Below are positions 1-12,600 of a stretch of DNA of 64,000 bases, piece after piece. Position 1 is the stretch's first letter. Each line of letters opens with the position of its first letter. The stretch lies in assembly GCA_951406725.2 (NCBI GenBank), contig OX597817.1:93000001-93064000 (forward strand), in the 5' to 3' direction. The translations under genes and the position numbers were made by a program. The stretch is from Octopus vulgaris. Lineage: Eukaryota. Below the pieces are notes generated by a model that saw nothing but the letters and a program-made list of their open reading frames with translations, ran no database searches and had not been told where the DNA came from.

Positions 1-56
1 ATTATATATAATTTTATATATATATATCATATATATTATTTATTTATATATACATA

Positions 57-138
57 CGTACATACATACATACATAAATACATACATACATACATACATA
101 CATACATACATACATACATACATACATACATACATACA

Positions 139-168
<30 letters not shown>
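57..168. repeat. (CATA)n microsatellite
   Basis: Near-perfect tandem CATA. Confidence 0.95.
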
Positions 169-169
<1 letters not shown>

Positions 170-2535
170 GCTATATAATAATTCGCCCTTTTCGTCTATG
201 CAGATTGTCAATTTAGCTTAGAGGTCACTTAATCGAACTTATCAGGGGCTCCTTTTATTGCAGCTTCTTTCATGGCTGATTCTTCCTATGATTGAAGCAC
301 AGCTTCTGTCATAGTAGTTGCATACCAAGAGGGTGGCTCGGCGCTCTGCATTTCTGTTGTTTTCCTTTCGGCGCTGACACTTATCAACTTGTTTGTTTCT
401 GCAGCTGCTCTCTACCGTAGTAGTTCCATCCTTCACCACAGTCCTCCATTTTGTTCTGTCCTCATCCCTCTCCTCCTGGGTGCTGACATCCACCTCACAC
501 TTGGACAAACTAGTTTTGCAAGTGTCCTTATACCTCATTTTTGCTTTTCCTCTTGGTATCTTTCCCTGGGCCAGTTTTCCATAGATCAGTTGCTTCGTGA
601 TTCGACGGTCATCCATTCTCCTGACATGCCTCAGCCACCTTAGTCTTCTCATACACAAGATAGCTGTCATGCTTTGAAGATTCGCCTGCACCAGTACTTC
701 AACACTGGGGACCTTATCGCGCCATGTTAGGCCTAAGATCCTGCGAAGGCATCTGAGATGGAAAATGCCGAGGCACCTTTCCTGCCTGCTGTACAAGGTC
801 CATGTTTCAGATCCATAGGGAAGTGTGCTGAGAACACAAGCTTCCTTATTCCTTATCTTTGTCTAATCTCCTGTTCTTCCATACTCGTTTTGTCAGCTTC
901 CCAAAGGTTGTTGTTACCTTCCCTATCCTGACATTAATCTCATCATCAAGTGAAGTAGTAGAGGAAATGGCAGATCCTAGATAGTAAAACATGTCCACTG
1001 TCTCGAGCTTTTTGTCATCAAGCTTGATATGGCCTTTCACTCTGCCCTCCTGAGTGAGGATGACTGTCTTTACGCTGATGACCAAACCGAAGGCCTTGCA
1101 TGCTGATGATAGGTAGTCCATGATTATTTGTAGAGTTAATTCACTGTGAGCAACAAGTGCCGCATCGTCGGCGAAGAGAATGTCTCTTATTGTTGCTCTA
1201 GTGATCTTTGTCTTGGCCCGAAATCTAGAAAGATCAAAGAGTGCCCCATCAGTTCTCCAACAAAGGTAGACATCGCCCGGCAACTCTTCAAATGCATATT
1301 GCAGCAATACAGCAATGTAAATGCTGAAAAGGATTGGTGCTAAGACACTCCTTTGTTGATGTTGAAGCTATCTGATATTCAACCTTCAAACTGAATGGTG
1401 GCCTTCGTGTCATCATGGAATGAAACAATGAGCTGCTGTAGTATTGGGGGACAGCTACATTTTCCAAGCACCATGTTGCAGTCCTGATCTGCTGACTGTA
1501 TCAAATGCCTTTGTCAGATCGACAAATGCTATAATTAGTGGTAATTGCGGCTCCCGGCATTTTCTTGTAGTTGACGAATGGAGAAGATCATATCCATTGT
1601 TGAGCGGTTAGATCTAAAACCGCACTGGTTCTCTTGTAGTACTCTTTCTGCTAGCTTCTGAAGTCGTTTCAGAATGAACCTTGCAAAAGCTTTTCCAGTG
1701 ATGCTTAGAAGTAAGATGCCCCTGTAGATATTGCAATCTCCCTTGTCCCCTTTATTTTTGTAGAGAGTGATGATCTTGGGATCTCTCATATCCTCTGGAA
1801 TTTTTTTTTCCAACCAACGCGTCTTTAGTAACTTGTATAAATGTGGACGAAGGGCATCTTTGTTCTCTTTCAACACTTCAGCAGGTATATTGTCATTTCC
1901 GGGTGCTTTCCCGCTTGCAAGTTCATCGATTGTAGTGGAGAGTTCTTCTTCCGTTGGTGGTATATCAAGTTCTGTCATTTCAGGGAGCTGAGGAATGGCC
2001 TCAACATCTCACTCCTTTGTGTACAATTGAGGGTAATGTTCCACCGATCTTTCCATTCGTTTCTTCTTGTCCGTCAGCTGGTCACCTGTTGCAGACTTGA
2101 GAGGTGTCACTTTACTCACTGTTGGTCCGATAGCAACTCTAATCTTCTCATACATTTTCCTAATGTTACCCATGCCACTCGCCTGTTGAATTTCTAAGCA
2201 TAATTTATCCCAGTACTGGTTGGCACATTTTCTAGTTTCTTTTTGAAGGTTGGATTTTGAAGTATGTAGGTGCTGCTTTGTACTTTCTGTTGGCTTTCTA
2301 TTGTGCTTTATGAAGAACTTAAGCTTTTTCTCAAGTAATGACATTAGTATTGATGCATTGGCTTCGATCCAGTCCTCCTTGGAAAGTTGATCCGTTCCAA
2401 AGCCCCTCGACACAGAATCATATATTGCTGATTTCATGTTGTTCCACATGTCATTAGGGGATGAGCTATCTAAGTTTTGGAGCTGTTCTTCAACATATTC
2501 TAGAAATTTGGTTCGTATCGCTGGATCTGATGACT
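170..2535 (-). mobile_element. RTE-clade LINE, 5'-truncated, degenerate
   Basis: Fragmented ORFs 2449-242 carry RT motifs (KAPGND, YRGILLL, QCGFRSNRSTMDMIF, LFADDAAL), RRLRWLRHVRRMDD and a C-terminal C/H motif typical of RTE/BovB-like ORFs; multiple frameshifts. Confidence 0.9.
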
Positions 2536-2657
2536 GCGTAGCGCATGAAAATACTAGTTTATTTCAATATTGTAAAATTGTAAAAATTGCAAGTAATAAA
2601 CCGTGAAAATTAGCCTAAGTTGGAGTTTCATTGATTAACACACACACACACACACAC

Positions 2658-2719
<62 letters not shown>

Positions 2720-2834
2720 GGAGAGAGAGAGAGATCTTTTATCTTTTACTGTTTTCAGCCCAGGGTTGAAGTCATGCTGGTACACTACCTGTAGTTATTT
2801 GACGTTGTTTCCGGTATTGTTTTTGGTGAAGTAG

Positions 2835-3683
2835 TGAGCTGGACAAATCCTCTCTTATTTGTGTCTCCTGCCGCAATGTGGGTTCATCTGGCATCTCAGG
2901 TAGAAACCTGTCCAGACATTCATTGGAAACTCCCACATCAACACCATATAGATCTCTGAGGTTTCCGGCATGATGTTAAACTATTGCGGGCCCTTGGAAC
3001 CCAAACTATTCCACTACTCTGTCCTTATTTTAGATGGGGATGACGGGATCTTTGGTATTATGCAATGCAGTCCAGTTCGGGGATTGGTGTAGCTGTCAAT
3101 TCCAAAATTTGGAGCTAAACCCTCAAAGATCTTCCAAATATATATCACCGCATATCTCTCTCGTCTCCTCTCCGGGGAATAGAGATCCAGTATCCCATCT
3201 TTTGCAACGAGTCAATCTCTTTGTGTATTGGCGCAGGATTGCTTCGAGTTCCACACTTTGTTTCACACTTTCTGGGTACCATAGTTAGGATCAGTAGTCC
3301 AAATGGCTGAGAAAGAAAGTCCTCCATAAGAATAGCAGGGCCTCCTTTTCCTGGTTCTGTATATCCTCAGAATCCATCAAGCCACTCGCCTGCACAGTGT
3401 TGCCATCTTGGTAATATGCGCATGGAATGTTATATCATTGCTCATGTGAACCCCCAGGTCACGAACCGACTCTGACTCTGGTATTGTATTACCTTCTGGT
3501 GCAGTGTAATCCGATTCAAGCCTGGTATTGGGCCGATAGTGGAGTGCCTGAAATATCATAGCATTGAACTGCAAGTTATTTTTGTTAGCCCATTTGTATA
3601 TTTCATTCAGGTCTTTCTGTAGTTTATCATGTCTTCTGGATTCTTAACTACCTGCGATACTTATGTGTCGTCAGCATAACTGG

Positions 3684-3686
<3 letters not shown>
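2835..3686 (-). mobile_element. CR1/L2-type LINE 3' fragment, degenerate
   Basis: MQFNA..FQALHY, SVRDLGVHMS, YW..RRRERY-like motifs; related to the copy at 43001-44486. Confidence 0.8.
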
Positions 3687-3726
<40 letters not shown>

Positions 3727-3952
3727 CTTATATACATGCATACATATATATATACATATATATATACATATATACTTATATATATATATATACATACCTA
3801 TATATATATATATATATATATAAGTTTAACACTTAAGGATAACCTCTTAATAAGGAATCTTAACAAGAAATTATCGGGTAGTTAGCGTGAAAACCTCATA
3901 AAAGAAAAGAATTCGAAAATAATTTTTTTCTTTTGAACAAATTAATTATATC

Positions 3953-4286
3953 TATATTGTATAGAGGGCATTATTACACATAAATGCCTCACACTAAGAG
4001 GGACTAAGTCATTACTACCAAAATTATACTAATCATACACAAATGCAGTTTTTCCAAAGCAAGACATTTAAAAAAATGAATTTAGTTCTGTATCACCGTG
4101 ATTTCACATTCAACTTGCGTCATAAGACGCAAGTTGAATGTGAAATCACGGTGATACAGAACTAAATTCATTTTTTTAAATGTCTTGCTTTGGAAAAACT
4201 GCATTTGTGTATGATTAGTATAATTTTGGTAGTAATGACTTAGTCCCTCTTAGTGTGAGGCATTTATGTGTAATAATGCCCTCTAT

Positions 4287-4294
<8 letters not shown>
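3953..4294. repeat. Near-perfect fold-back palindrome (~168-bp arms) in (TA)n, Penelope pLTR-like
   Basis: Arms mirror around TTGCGTC-ATAA-GACGCAA at ~4115-4132; each arm has the 3' half of a hammerhead (GAAA-TCACGGTGA-TA). Confidence 0.9.
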
Positions 4295-4343
<49 letters not shown>

Positions 4344-4799
4344 ATATATATACATATATATACATATATATATATATACACATATATACATATATATATT
4401 CATATACATATATATTCATATATATATATATACATGTATATCTATATACATATATATTTATATATACATATATACATATACATACACACATATATATATA
4501 CATATATACATATATATATATACATATATTTACATATATATATATACACATATATATTTTTATTTTAAAATTTAGATTTTATATATTTTATATATTATAT
4601 TAATTATTTTTATGTTTTGGTTTATGTTTTTCACTGTTTGATTTGCCTAATAGTGGTTTTATCTCTAATTTAATTTATATATATACACATATATGTATAC
4701 ATATATATATTTATATATTTATACACATATATATACATATATATATATACATATATACATATATATACATATATATATATTGGTTGGTATCCTTTTTGT

Positions 4800-5395
4800 C
4801 TCGGGAAACAATGGAGTTGCGCATAAAGTAGTCTAGTCCGGCTTTTACATTTCATGTCCTGATACATTTCCTGCTGTGGCTGTGTAGTCCTATCCTGGAC
4901 AAACACTCCCTCTGGCAGGTACTGCAAATCTAGCGAAGACTGTTCCTGGCTGATTGTAATACCATAGTTTCTTGTTGACGTCTTTTCTTGTCTTTCCATT
5001 TCTCCTCTCTCTCTCTGTCACTCCTTTGTATTCCCTCTCTTACGGTACGTCGTCAGTCTCCACGGTTGCCGGCAACTGCCTCCCAACCGCTAATATTGAT
5101 GTTGCAGGCCTTCATGTCCCTTTTGCAAACATCCTTGTAACGTAAGAGCGGTCTACCCACAGACCTAGTACCCCTACCAAGCTCTCCGTAGAGTATATCC
5201 TTGGGGATTCTGCCATCTTTCATACGGCTAATATGCCCGAGCCATCTCATACGTCTTTGTGTGAGGAGTGAAAACATGCTTGGTATTCCTGCTTGCCTGA
5301 GGACATCTTTGTTGGGGATATGGTTCTGCCATTTGATGCGGAGGATTTTCCGGAGGCAGCGCAGGTGAAAGATGCTTAGGCGACGCTCTTTGACA
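4800..5395 (-). mobile_element. RTE LINE 3' segment
   Basis: RRMRWLGHISRMKDGRIPKDILYGEL..GRPLLRYKDVCKRDMK and a terminal C/H motif. Confidence 0.85.
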
Positions 5396-6240
5396 ACTAA
5401 AAGTCAAGAAAACACCAGTCCTGCGGTTGGCAAGCTGGAATGTCAGGACCATGTGCCCTGGAATATCTGATGATCTACTCAGGGTTGAAGACACAAGGAA
5501 AACGGCCATCATTGACCGTGAATTAAATAGGATCAACATAGACATTGCTGGGCTACAGAAGACAAGACTTCCCTCAAACGGCAAACTCAAAGAGCAGGAT
5601 TTCACCTTCTTTTGGCAGGGAAGAGATCCAGAGGAACCTCGTCAACATGGCGTTTGCTTTGCAGTGAGAAACTCACTACTCTCCTCAATAGAACCACCAT
5701 CAGGAGGCACTGAGCGTATCCTCTCACTGCGCCTCTCGATTTCTTCTGGCTCAGTACATCTACTCAGCATCTATGCTCCCACTCTCTACAGCTCAGAGGA
5801 GACCAAGGACCAGTTCTACAAAGATCTCAACTGTGTCATAGAAAATATACCAACGACTGAAAATATCTACCTTCTCGGGGATTTTAACGCTCGCGTGGGA
5901 TCTGACCATGATTCGTGGCCCATTTGTGTTGGACACTTTGGTATTGGCAACAGGAATGACAATGGTCAGAGACTACTCGAATTCTGCACATACCACAACC
6001 TGTGCATCACAAACACATTCTTCACCAACAAGCCATCCCACAAGGCATCTTGGAGACATCCAAGATCTCACCACTGGCATCAGCTGGATCTCATCATTAC
6101 ACGGAGATCCTTTCTGAATTCTACTCTATTGACCCGCAGTTACCACAGCGCGGATTGTGACACAGACCACTCACTAATTAGAAGTAGGGTGAGGATTCTA
6201 CCTAAAAAAGTCCACCGCTCCAAGAAAGTGGGCCGACCAC
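5396..6240 (+). mobile_element. RTE LINE 5' segment (APE endonuclease), inverted relative to the adjacent 3' segment
   Basis: ORF 5427-6240: ASWNVRT, LLGDFNARVG, ITNTFF, WRHPRS..HQLD, CDTDHSL. Confidence 0.9.
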
Positions 6241-6244
6241 ACAC

Positions 6245-6302
<58 letters not shown>

Positions 6303-6403
6303 TAATCAATATAGGGTGGCAAAAAAAATTTTGTAGAATTCTTTTGCCACCAGCGGCCTAGTGGGAAAAAAATTAAATAGTCATAGACCATTTTTAAGTT
6401 CAA

Positions 6404-6647
6404 CATCAACAATCAAGGAACGGCCATAATAGGCCATTCACCCACTAGAAATAACAGCCAAAGCTTCAACCGCAAATAAAAATTAATTCCGTAAACCAGG
6501 AGAAAATTTAAAAAATTTAAAAACATTTACAGGGTAAATGTTTTTTAAATTTTCTCCTGGTTTACGGAATTAATTTTTATTTGCGGTTGAAGCTTTGGCT
6601 GTTATTTCTAGTGGGTGAATGGCCTATTATGGCCGTTCCTTGATTGT

Positions 6648-6651
<4 letters not shown>
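6404..6651. repeat. Fold-back palindrome (~120-bp arms) next to (TA)n
   Basis: Arms 6404-6529 / 6533-6651 around CATTTAC-AGG-GTAAATG; one small indel. Confidence 0.9.
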
Positions 6652-6695
<44 letters not shown>

Positions 6696-6816
6696 TTAGA
6701 GACAAAACCACTATTAGGCAAATCATACAATGAAAAACTTAAGCCAATACATAATATTATTTAATTTATATTATTTAAATATATAACAAAATTATTAAAA
6801 AATATAATTAATATAT

Positions 6817-6880
6817 CACTACGATCGTTTCATGGCTGTTAATTTCTTTAAATTTTCGAGTTACAGTCATTCATCAGGTG
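6817..6880 (-). ncRNA. Type I hammerhead ribozyme (minimal, palindromic GATC loop III)
   Basis: Reverse complement: cac CTGATGA atgactgt...acagccat GAAAC GATC GTA gtg. Confidence 0.85.
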
Positions 6881-6940
6881 GTTTAAATATTTATCTTGGC
6901 GAGGTTTAAACAATGAACTCGCCAAGAAAAATATTTAAAC

Positions 6941-7004
6941 CACCTGATGAATGACTGTAACTCGAAAATTTAAAGAAATTAACAGCCATGAAACGATCGT
7001 AGTG
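6941..7004 (+). ncRNA. Type I hammerhead ribozyme (minimal, palindromic GATC loop III)
   Basis: cac CTGATGA(6944-6950) atgactgt...acagccat GAAAC GATC GTA gtg; predicted cut after A7001. Confidence 0.85.
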
Positions 7005-7216
7005 ATATATTAAATATATTTTTTAATAATTTTGTTATATATTTTAATAATATAAATTAAATAATATTATGTATTGGCTTAAGTTTTTCATTGTATGATT
7101 TGCCTAATAGTGGTTTTGTCTCTAATTTAATATAATATAATATTCTACTATAAAATTGGATTCAATCTTAAATCTGATTTTTCCCTGTAAGTTTGGATTT
7201 ATTCCCTAATATTTAT

Positions 7217-7279
<63 letters not shown>

Positions 7280-7280
<1 letters not shown>

Positions 7281-8560
7281 GAGGGGCGTTCAATAAGTAA
7301 TGCCTCTGACCCACTTCCCATAGCAGTAGAGCAACAACACTTGGCACAGTTATTAGTCTTTTCCTACATAGGAACTACTCAGAGTTATGCATTTCTCCCA
7401 TCGTTTGATACAGCTCTGGAGACCGTTTTTGTAGAAGACCCCAGCTTGGTCCTCCAACCACGACGTGACTTCAGAAATCAAGGCTGCATCATCTGGGAAA
7501 CGCTTTCCTTTCAAAATCAACTTCATGGCTGGGAAGAGGTGAAAATCAGAGGGTGCAAGGGGAGGAGTTCATAGCTGCACGCCTGTGCTTCTGATCTGGC
7601 GACACGCGAGTTGTGGACCGGAGCGTTGTCCTGCAGGAGGAGGATGCCTTTGCTGATCTTGCCCCGCCTCTTGATTTTGATAGCTTCTCTTAATTTCCTC
7701 AAAAGTGAAGCATAATAGGCTCCTGTAATTGTGGTACCCTTTGCCAGGAAATCTGTCATCACTACTCCGTCCTGGTCCCAGAAGACTGTGAGCATAACCT
7801 TGTCAGCGGAGGGCTGTACCCTTGCCTTCTTTGGAGGAGGTGAGTCACGGGGCTTTCACTGCATTGACTGGGCATTGACTGGGCTTTGGTCTCTGGATCA
7901 TAGTGATGGACCCAGGTTTTATCCTGTGTGATCAGTCTTTTGAAAAATTTTGACTCATCTTCTTGGCACATCTCCAAATTAATCCTCGAGCACTCAACGC
8001 GTTCTTGCTTCTGGAAAGGTGTGAGCAACCTGGAAATCCATCTGGCAGACACCTTTTGCATATGCAAATGGTCATGAATGATAGTTTCCACAGACCCGGT
8101 ACTAATCTTGACCTTATGGGCTATTTGGCGAATAGTTATGCGTTGACCTTCCAAAATGGCAGCCTCAACTTGACGGACAGACGTCTCATCAACGGCAGAA
8201 AGGGGCGACCAGATCTGGGAGCTGTTTCCACAGAGTTCCGACTATGTTTGAATTCACAATGCCAGCGTTTTACAAGGTCATATGATGGGGCATCATCACC
8301 ATAAGTTACTTTCATTTCATCAAAAGTCTCCCGTGGTGTGCGTCCTTTCAAATACAAAAACCAGATCACTGCTCGACACTCAACAGGCTCCATTTCACAC
8401 TTGACTCAGTTCAAACACCTGTAAATCAGAAACCACAATTAGTTCAGAGCTGTAATTTGCCACTTAATCTGTAGAGATATAAATAAGTGCACATGCAAAA
8501 TTTCAGCTAGATCAAACAACTGCAAGTGGGTCAGAGGCATTACTTATTGAACGCCCCTCG
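7280..8560 (-). mobile_element. Mariner transposon, full length, inactive transposase
   Basis: 37-bp perfect TIRs (CGAGGGGCGTTCAATAAGTAATGCCTCTGACCCACTT), TA TSD; frameshifted transposase from 8393 with ITQDKTWVHHYDPE and LLQDNAPVH; the YSPDL motif is deleted. Confidence 0.95.
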
Positions 8561-8629
8561 TATATCTACATATTCATTAGTAACTTTCAAAAATTAATTC
8601 AAACACTTCATAAAAAAGATTCAAAACAA

Positions 8630-8777
8630 ATACTTTGAAAAAATATATTTTTTATTTAGCATCCTAAAAATATTGATTATGGTAAATGAAAAAGAATATC
8701 TTTTTCAAAATGTATACATCGTTTTGTCTTTAAAAATTCCTTCTCAAAAATAAGTTTTCTCTTCCGTACCATTCAAT
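8630..8777 (-). other. Predicted terminal 3'UTR exon (exon 3) of the Cys-rich gene
   Basis: Acceptor TTTTTTTACAG ending at 8778; AATAAA at 8656-8651; pairs with donor GTAAGC at 9669. The 3' end is approximate. Confidence 0.65.
8651..8656 (-). terminator. Polyadenylation signal AATAAA
   Basis: tttatt on + strand, followed on the sense strand by a T-rich tract. Confidence 0.55.
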
Positions 8778-9669
8778 CTGTAAAAAAATATTTAATATTA
8801 TAGACTGTATTGGATAAATGTGATTTAAATATTATAAAGGAAATAATTGACTACATAACAACATTTATTATGCAAAAGTGTTGATATCAGTCTTATAGAA
8901 GCTTTATGGACCATATCTGTCTGTTTATTATATATTTGTATAAATACATAGATTGTATTCATCTCAATATGTAATAAATATTTATTTTATCGATACTGGA
9001 AAGAATTCCGGCAGAATTTTAAGTTTGCAAATGCTGAGTAAATTCAGATATCTCTTTACATAATCTGTTTTCAATTTGAATATATTTCTAGAATTTAAAA
9101 AAAAAAAAAATATTTTTAATGGCTTGAATGACTATGGATGCCTAATAAACTATGTTTTCTGAGGAGAAACTGTCCTATTTGACGATGTATAGGTCGCTGA
9201 TAAGCAAGAAAGTCATGGGATATTGCCACAAAATATATTCATCAAACGTTTACTGAGAGAAATCTGAATTGCTAATCATAAGCTTTAGGATAATCTTGAA
9301 TATATCTTTCGCAAGAACTATTATATAAAACCCAACAGCTACAGAAAAGCGAAGATTTTTCAACTTTGATTTCATACAATATATGTGAATATTGAACGAT
9401 ATCTTTTTCTGATGTAATAACATATTTCATCAATTCAAACTGCATAAATACACACTTATATAGTTTTTCTGAACATGGGGGAAGATTTGAATTTCATGTG
9501 TTTCATAATTATTTCATTTGCATTTTTATTGCTGATATTATATATGAAATCAAAAGTATAAGGCACCAAGTAGAATAAGGTAGAGTGGTGAATTACTATT
9601 TCTATGAATGTGTAAATTTCTAGGCGTTATCTGATCAATAAGTCGTCAAAAAAATTAAACATTGCTTAC

Positions 9670-12600
9670 CTAATGATAACAAGTACGTCTCGTACAATGA
9701 GTAATGCCATTATTACAAAAGCAAATATTACATTTGTCTCGTGAAGCAAACATGTCTCCGTGGTTGTAGGATTTTCCATAATACTGGCACACCGGGAGGC
9801 AGGCTCTCCGCGTACAGACTGTAATACCTGACGGTAAACACTTGCAGGTGTTGCAGGAGACTTTAAATGTATCACCGATGGAATACGATTTACCGTCATG
9901 CGTGCAATTTACTTGGCATAATTTCTTCTCGCAATCCACGGTACCATCAATACAACACTTACATCTATTGCAGGCATCATAGAAAACTGCACCGAAATCA
10001 TAAGTTTTATTTTTATATTTGCAGGGCTGACACTGCAGCTGCGTGCAATTTACAGAACCGACAGTGCTACATTTGCAAGTATTACAACCGTACTGAAATG
10101 ATTGCCCTGGTTGGTACAACAATCCATTGAAACTACATGTACAGGATGCATTCGAACATTTTACCGAACCTCTGGAACATTTACATTTCTCACAACCATC
10201 GTCAAACTCTTGTCCGGTAATATAACTTTGTCCTTTGTATATGCATTGACAGTTGTCCCTTATACATTCAACATTACCGTTTGTTTTACAAGTACAATTT
10301 TGGCAGCCATCTTTGAACTGTGCTCCGATTGCATAAACCATATTTTTGTAAGTACATCGACATGGATTCTGCTCACATTTTACATTTCCATCATATTTAC
10401 ATTCACATTCATTACAATCGTCTTTCAATTTTTGTCCAATTGCGTATGTTTGTCCTTTGTATGTGCATTGACAGTTGTTCCTTATACAATTGACATTACC
10501 GTTTGTTTTACAAGTACAATTTTGGCAGCCATCTTTGAACTGTGCTCCGATTGCATAAACTATATTTTTGTAAGTACATCGACATGGATTCTGCTCACAT
10601 TTTACATTTCCATCATATTTACATTCACATTCATTACAATCGTCTTTAAATTTTTGTCCAATTGCGTATGTTTGTCCTTTGTATGTGCATTGACAGTTGT
10701 TCCTTATACAATTGACATTACCGTTTGTATTACAAGTACAATTTTGGCAGCCATCTTTGAACTGTGCTCCGATTGCATAAACCATATTTTTGTAAGTACA
10801 TCGACATAGATTCTGCTCACATTTTACATTTCCATCATATTTACATTCACATTCATTACAATCGTCTTTAAATTTTTGTCCAATTGCGTATGTTTGTCCT
10901 TTGTATGTGCATTGACAGTTGTTCCTTATACAATTGACATTACCGTTTGTATTACAAGTACAATTTTGGCAGCCATCTTTGAACTGTGCTCCGATTGCAT
11001 AAACCTTATTTTTGTAAGTACATCGACATGGATTCTGCTCACATTTTACATTTCCATCATATTTACATTCACATTCATTACAATCGTCTTTAAATTTTTG
11101 TCCAATTGCGTATGTTTGTCCTTTGTATGTGCATTGACAGTTGTTCCTTATACAAATGACATTACCGTTTGTTTTACAAGTACAATTTTGGCAGCCATCT
11201 TTGAACTGTGCTCCGATTGCATAAACCATATTTTTGTAAGTACATCGACATGGATTCTGATCACATTTTACATTTCCATCATATTTACATTCACATTCAT
11301 TACAATCGTCTTTAAATTTTTGTCCAATTGCGTATGTTTGTCCTTTGTATGTGCATTGACAGTTGTCCCTTATACAATTGACATTACCGTTTGTATTACA
11401 AGTACAATTTTGGCAGCCATCTTTGAACTGTGCTCCGATTGCATAAACCATATTTTTGTAAGTACATCGACATGGATTCTGCTCACATTTTACATTTCCA
11501 CCATCTTTACATTCACATTCATTACAATCGTCTTTAAATTTTTGTCCAGTAACATAAATTTGTCCTTTGTATGTGCATTGACAGCCGTTCTTTGAACAAT
11601 CAAGAATGCCATTAGTTTTACAATTACAAATGCTACAGCCGACTCTGAATTCTTCTCCAATTTTGTAAACCATATTTTTGTACGTACAATTACACTTATT
11701 TCTGGTGCAGTGTATTAAATAATTATCTAAGCATATGCATTGGTTACAATCATCATTAAATATTTGATTACGCAAAAAACGCTTGCCTTTATATGTGCAG
11801 AAGCAATTATTTTTTGAACAGGTAACAACTCCATTAGACTTACATATGCATGTATTGCAGTCATCTTTAAACTGCATCCCATAATTGTATTCTCTATTTT
11901 TATAAAAGCATCTGCATGTATTCTGGGTACAACTTACGTTGTAGCCACCTAAACATACACATTGATTACATTCATCTTTAAAAGTTTGCCCAACATCATA
12001 TGTTATTCCTTTGTATGTACATTGACAGTCATTCTTTATACAATCAACATTACCGTTAGTATTACAAGTACAAGTTTCACAGCCATCTTTGAACTGTGCT
12101 CCGATTGCATAAACCTTATTTTTGTAAGTACATTGACATGGATTCTGCTCACATTTTACATTTCCATCATATTTACATTCACATTCATTACAATCGTCTT
12201 TAAATTTTTGTCCAATTTCGTATGTTTGCCCTTTGTATGTACATTGACAGTTGTCCCTTATACAATTGACATTACCGTTTGTTTTACAAGTACAATTTTG
12301 GCAGCCATCTTTGAACTGTGCTCCGATTGCATAAACCATATTTTTGTAAGTACATCGACATGGATTCTGATCACATTTTACATTTCCATCATATTTACAT
12401 TCACATTCATTGCAATCGTCTTTAAATTTTTGTCCAATTTCGTATGTTTGTCCTTTGTATGTGCATTGACAGCCGTTCTTTGAACAATCAAGAATGCCAT
12501 TAGTTTTACAATTACAAATGCTACAGCCGACTCTGAATTCTTCTCCAATTTTGTAAACCATATTTTTGTACGTACAATTACACTTATTTCTGGTACAGTG

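Larger units (their letters stand above)
6689..7220. mobile_element. Penelope pLTR-like fold-back element (~213-bp arms) with hammerhead ribozymes, flanked by (TA)n
   Basis: Arms 6689-6902 / 6918-7133; the terminal motif AAATTAGAG..AACCACTATTA recurs at ~4630-4672 (inverted) and ~55674. Confidence 0.8.

Noticed and set aside
2525-2562. Hammerhead-like CTGATGA ctgcg tag cgcat GAAA atactag TT
   Set aside because: The CTGATGA appears to belong to RTE coding sequence at its truncation point and stems I and III are weak; possibly a chance junction.
4215-4575. Poly-YI, poly-I/N/L, poly-V and MYVC ORFs here and throughout the window
   Set aside because: Translations of (TA)n, (AAT)n, (TAC)n and (CATA)n microsatellites.
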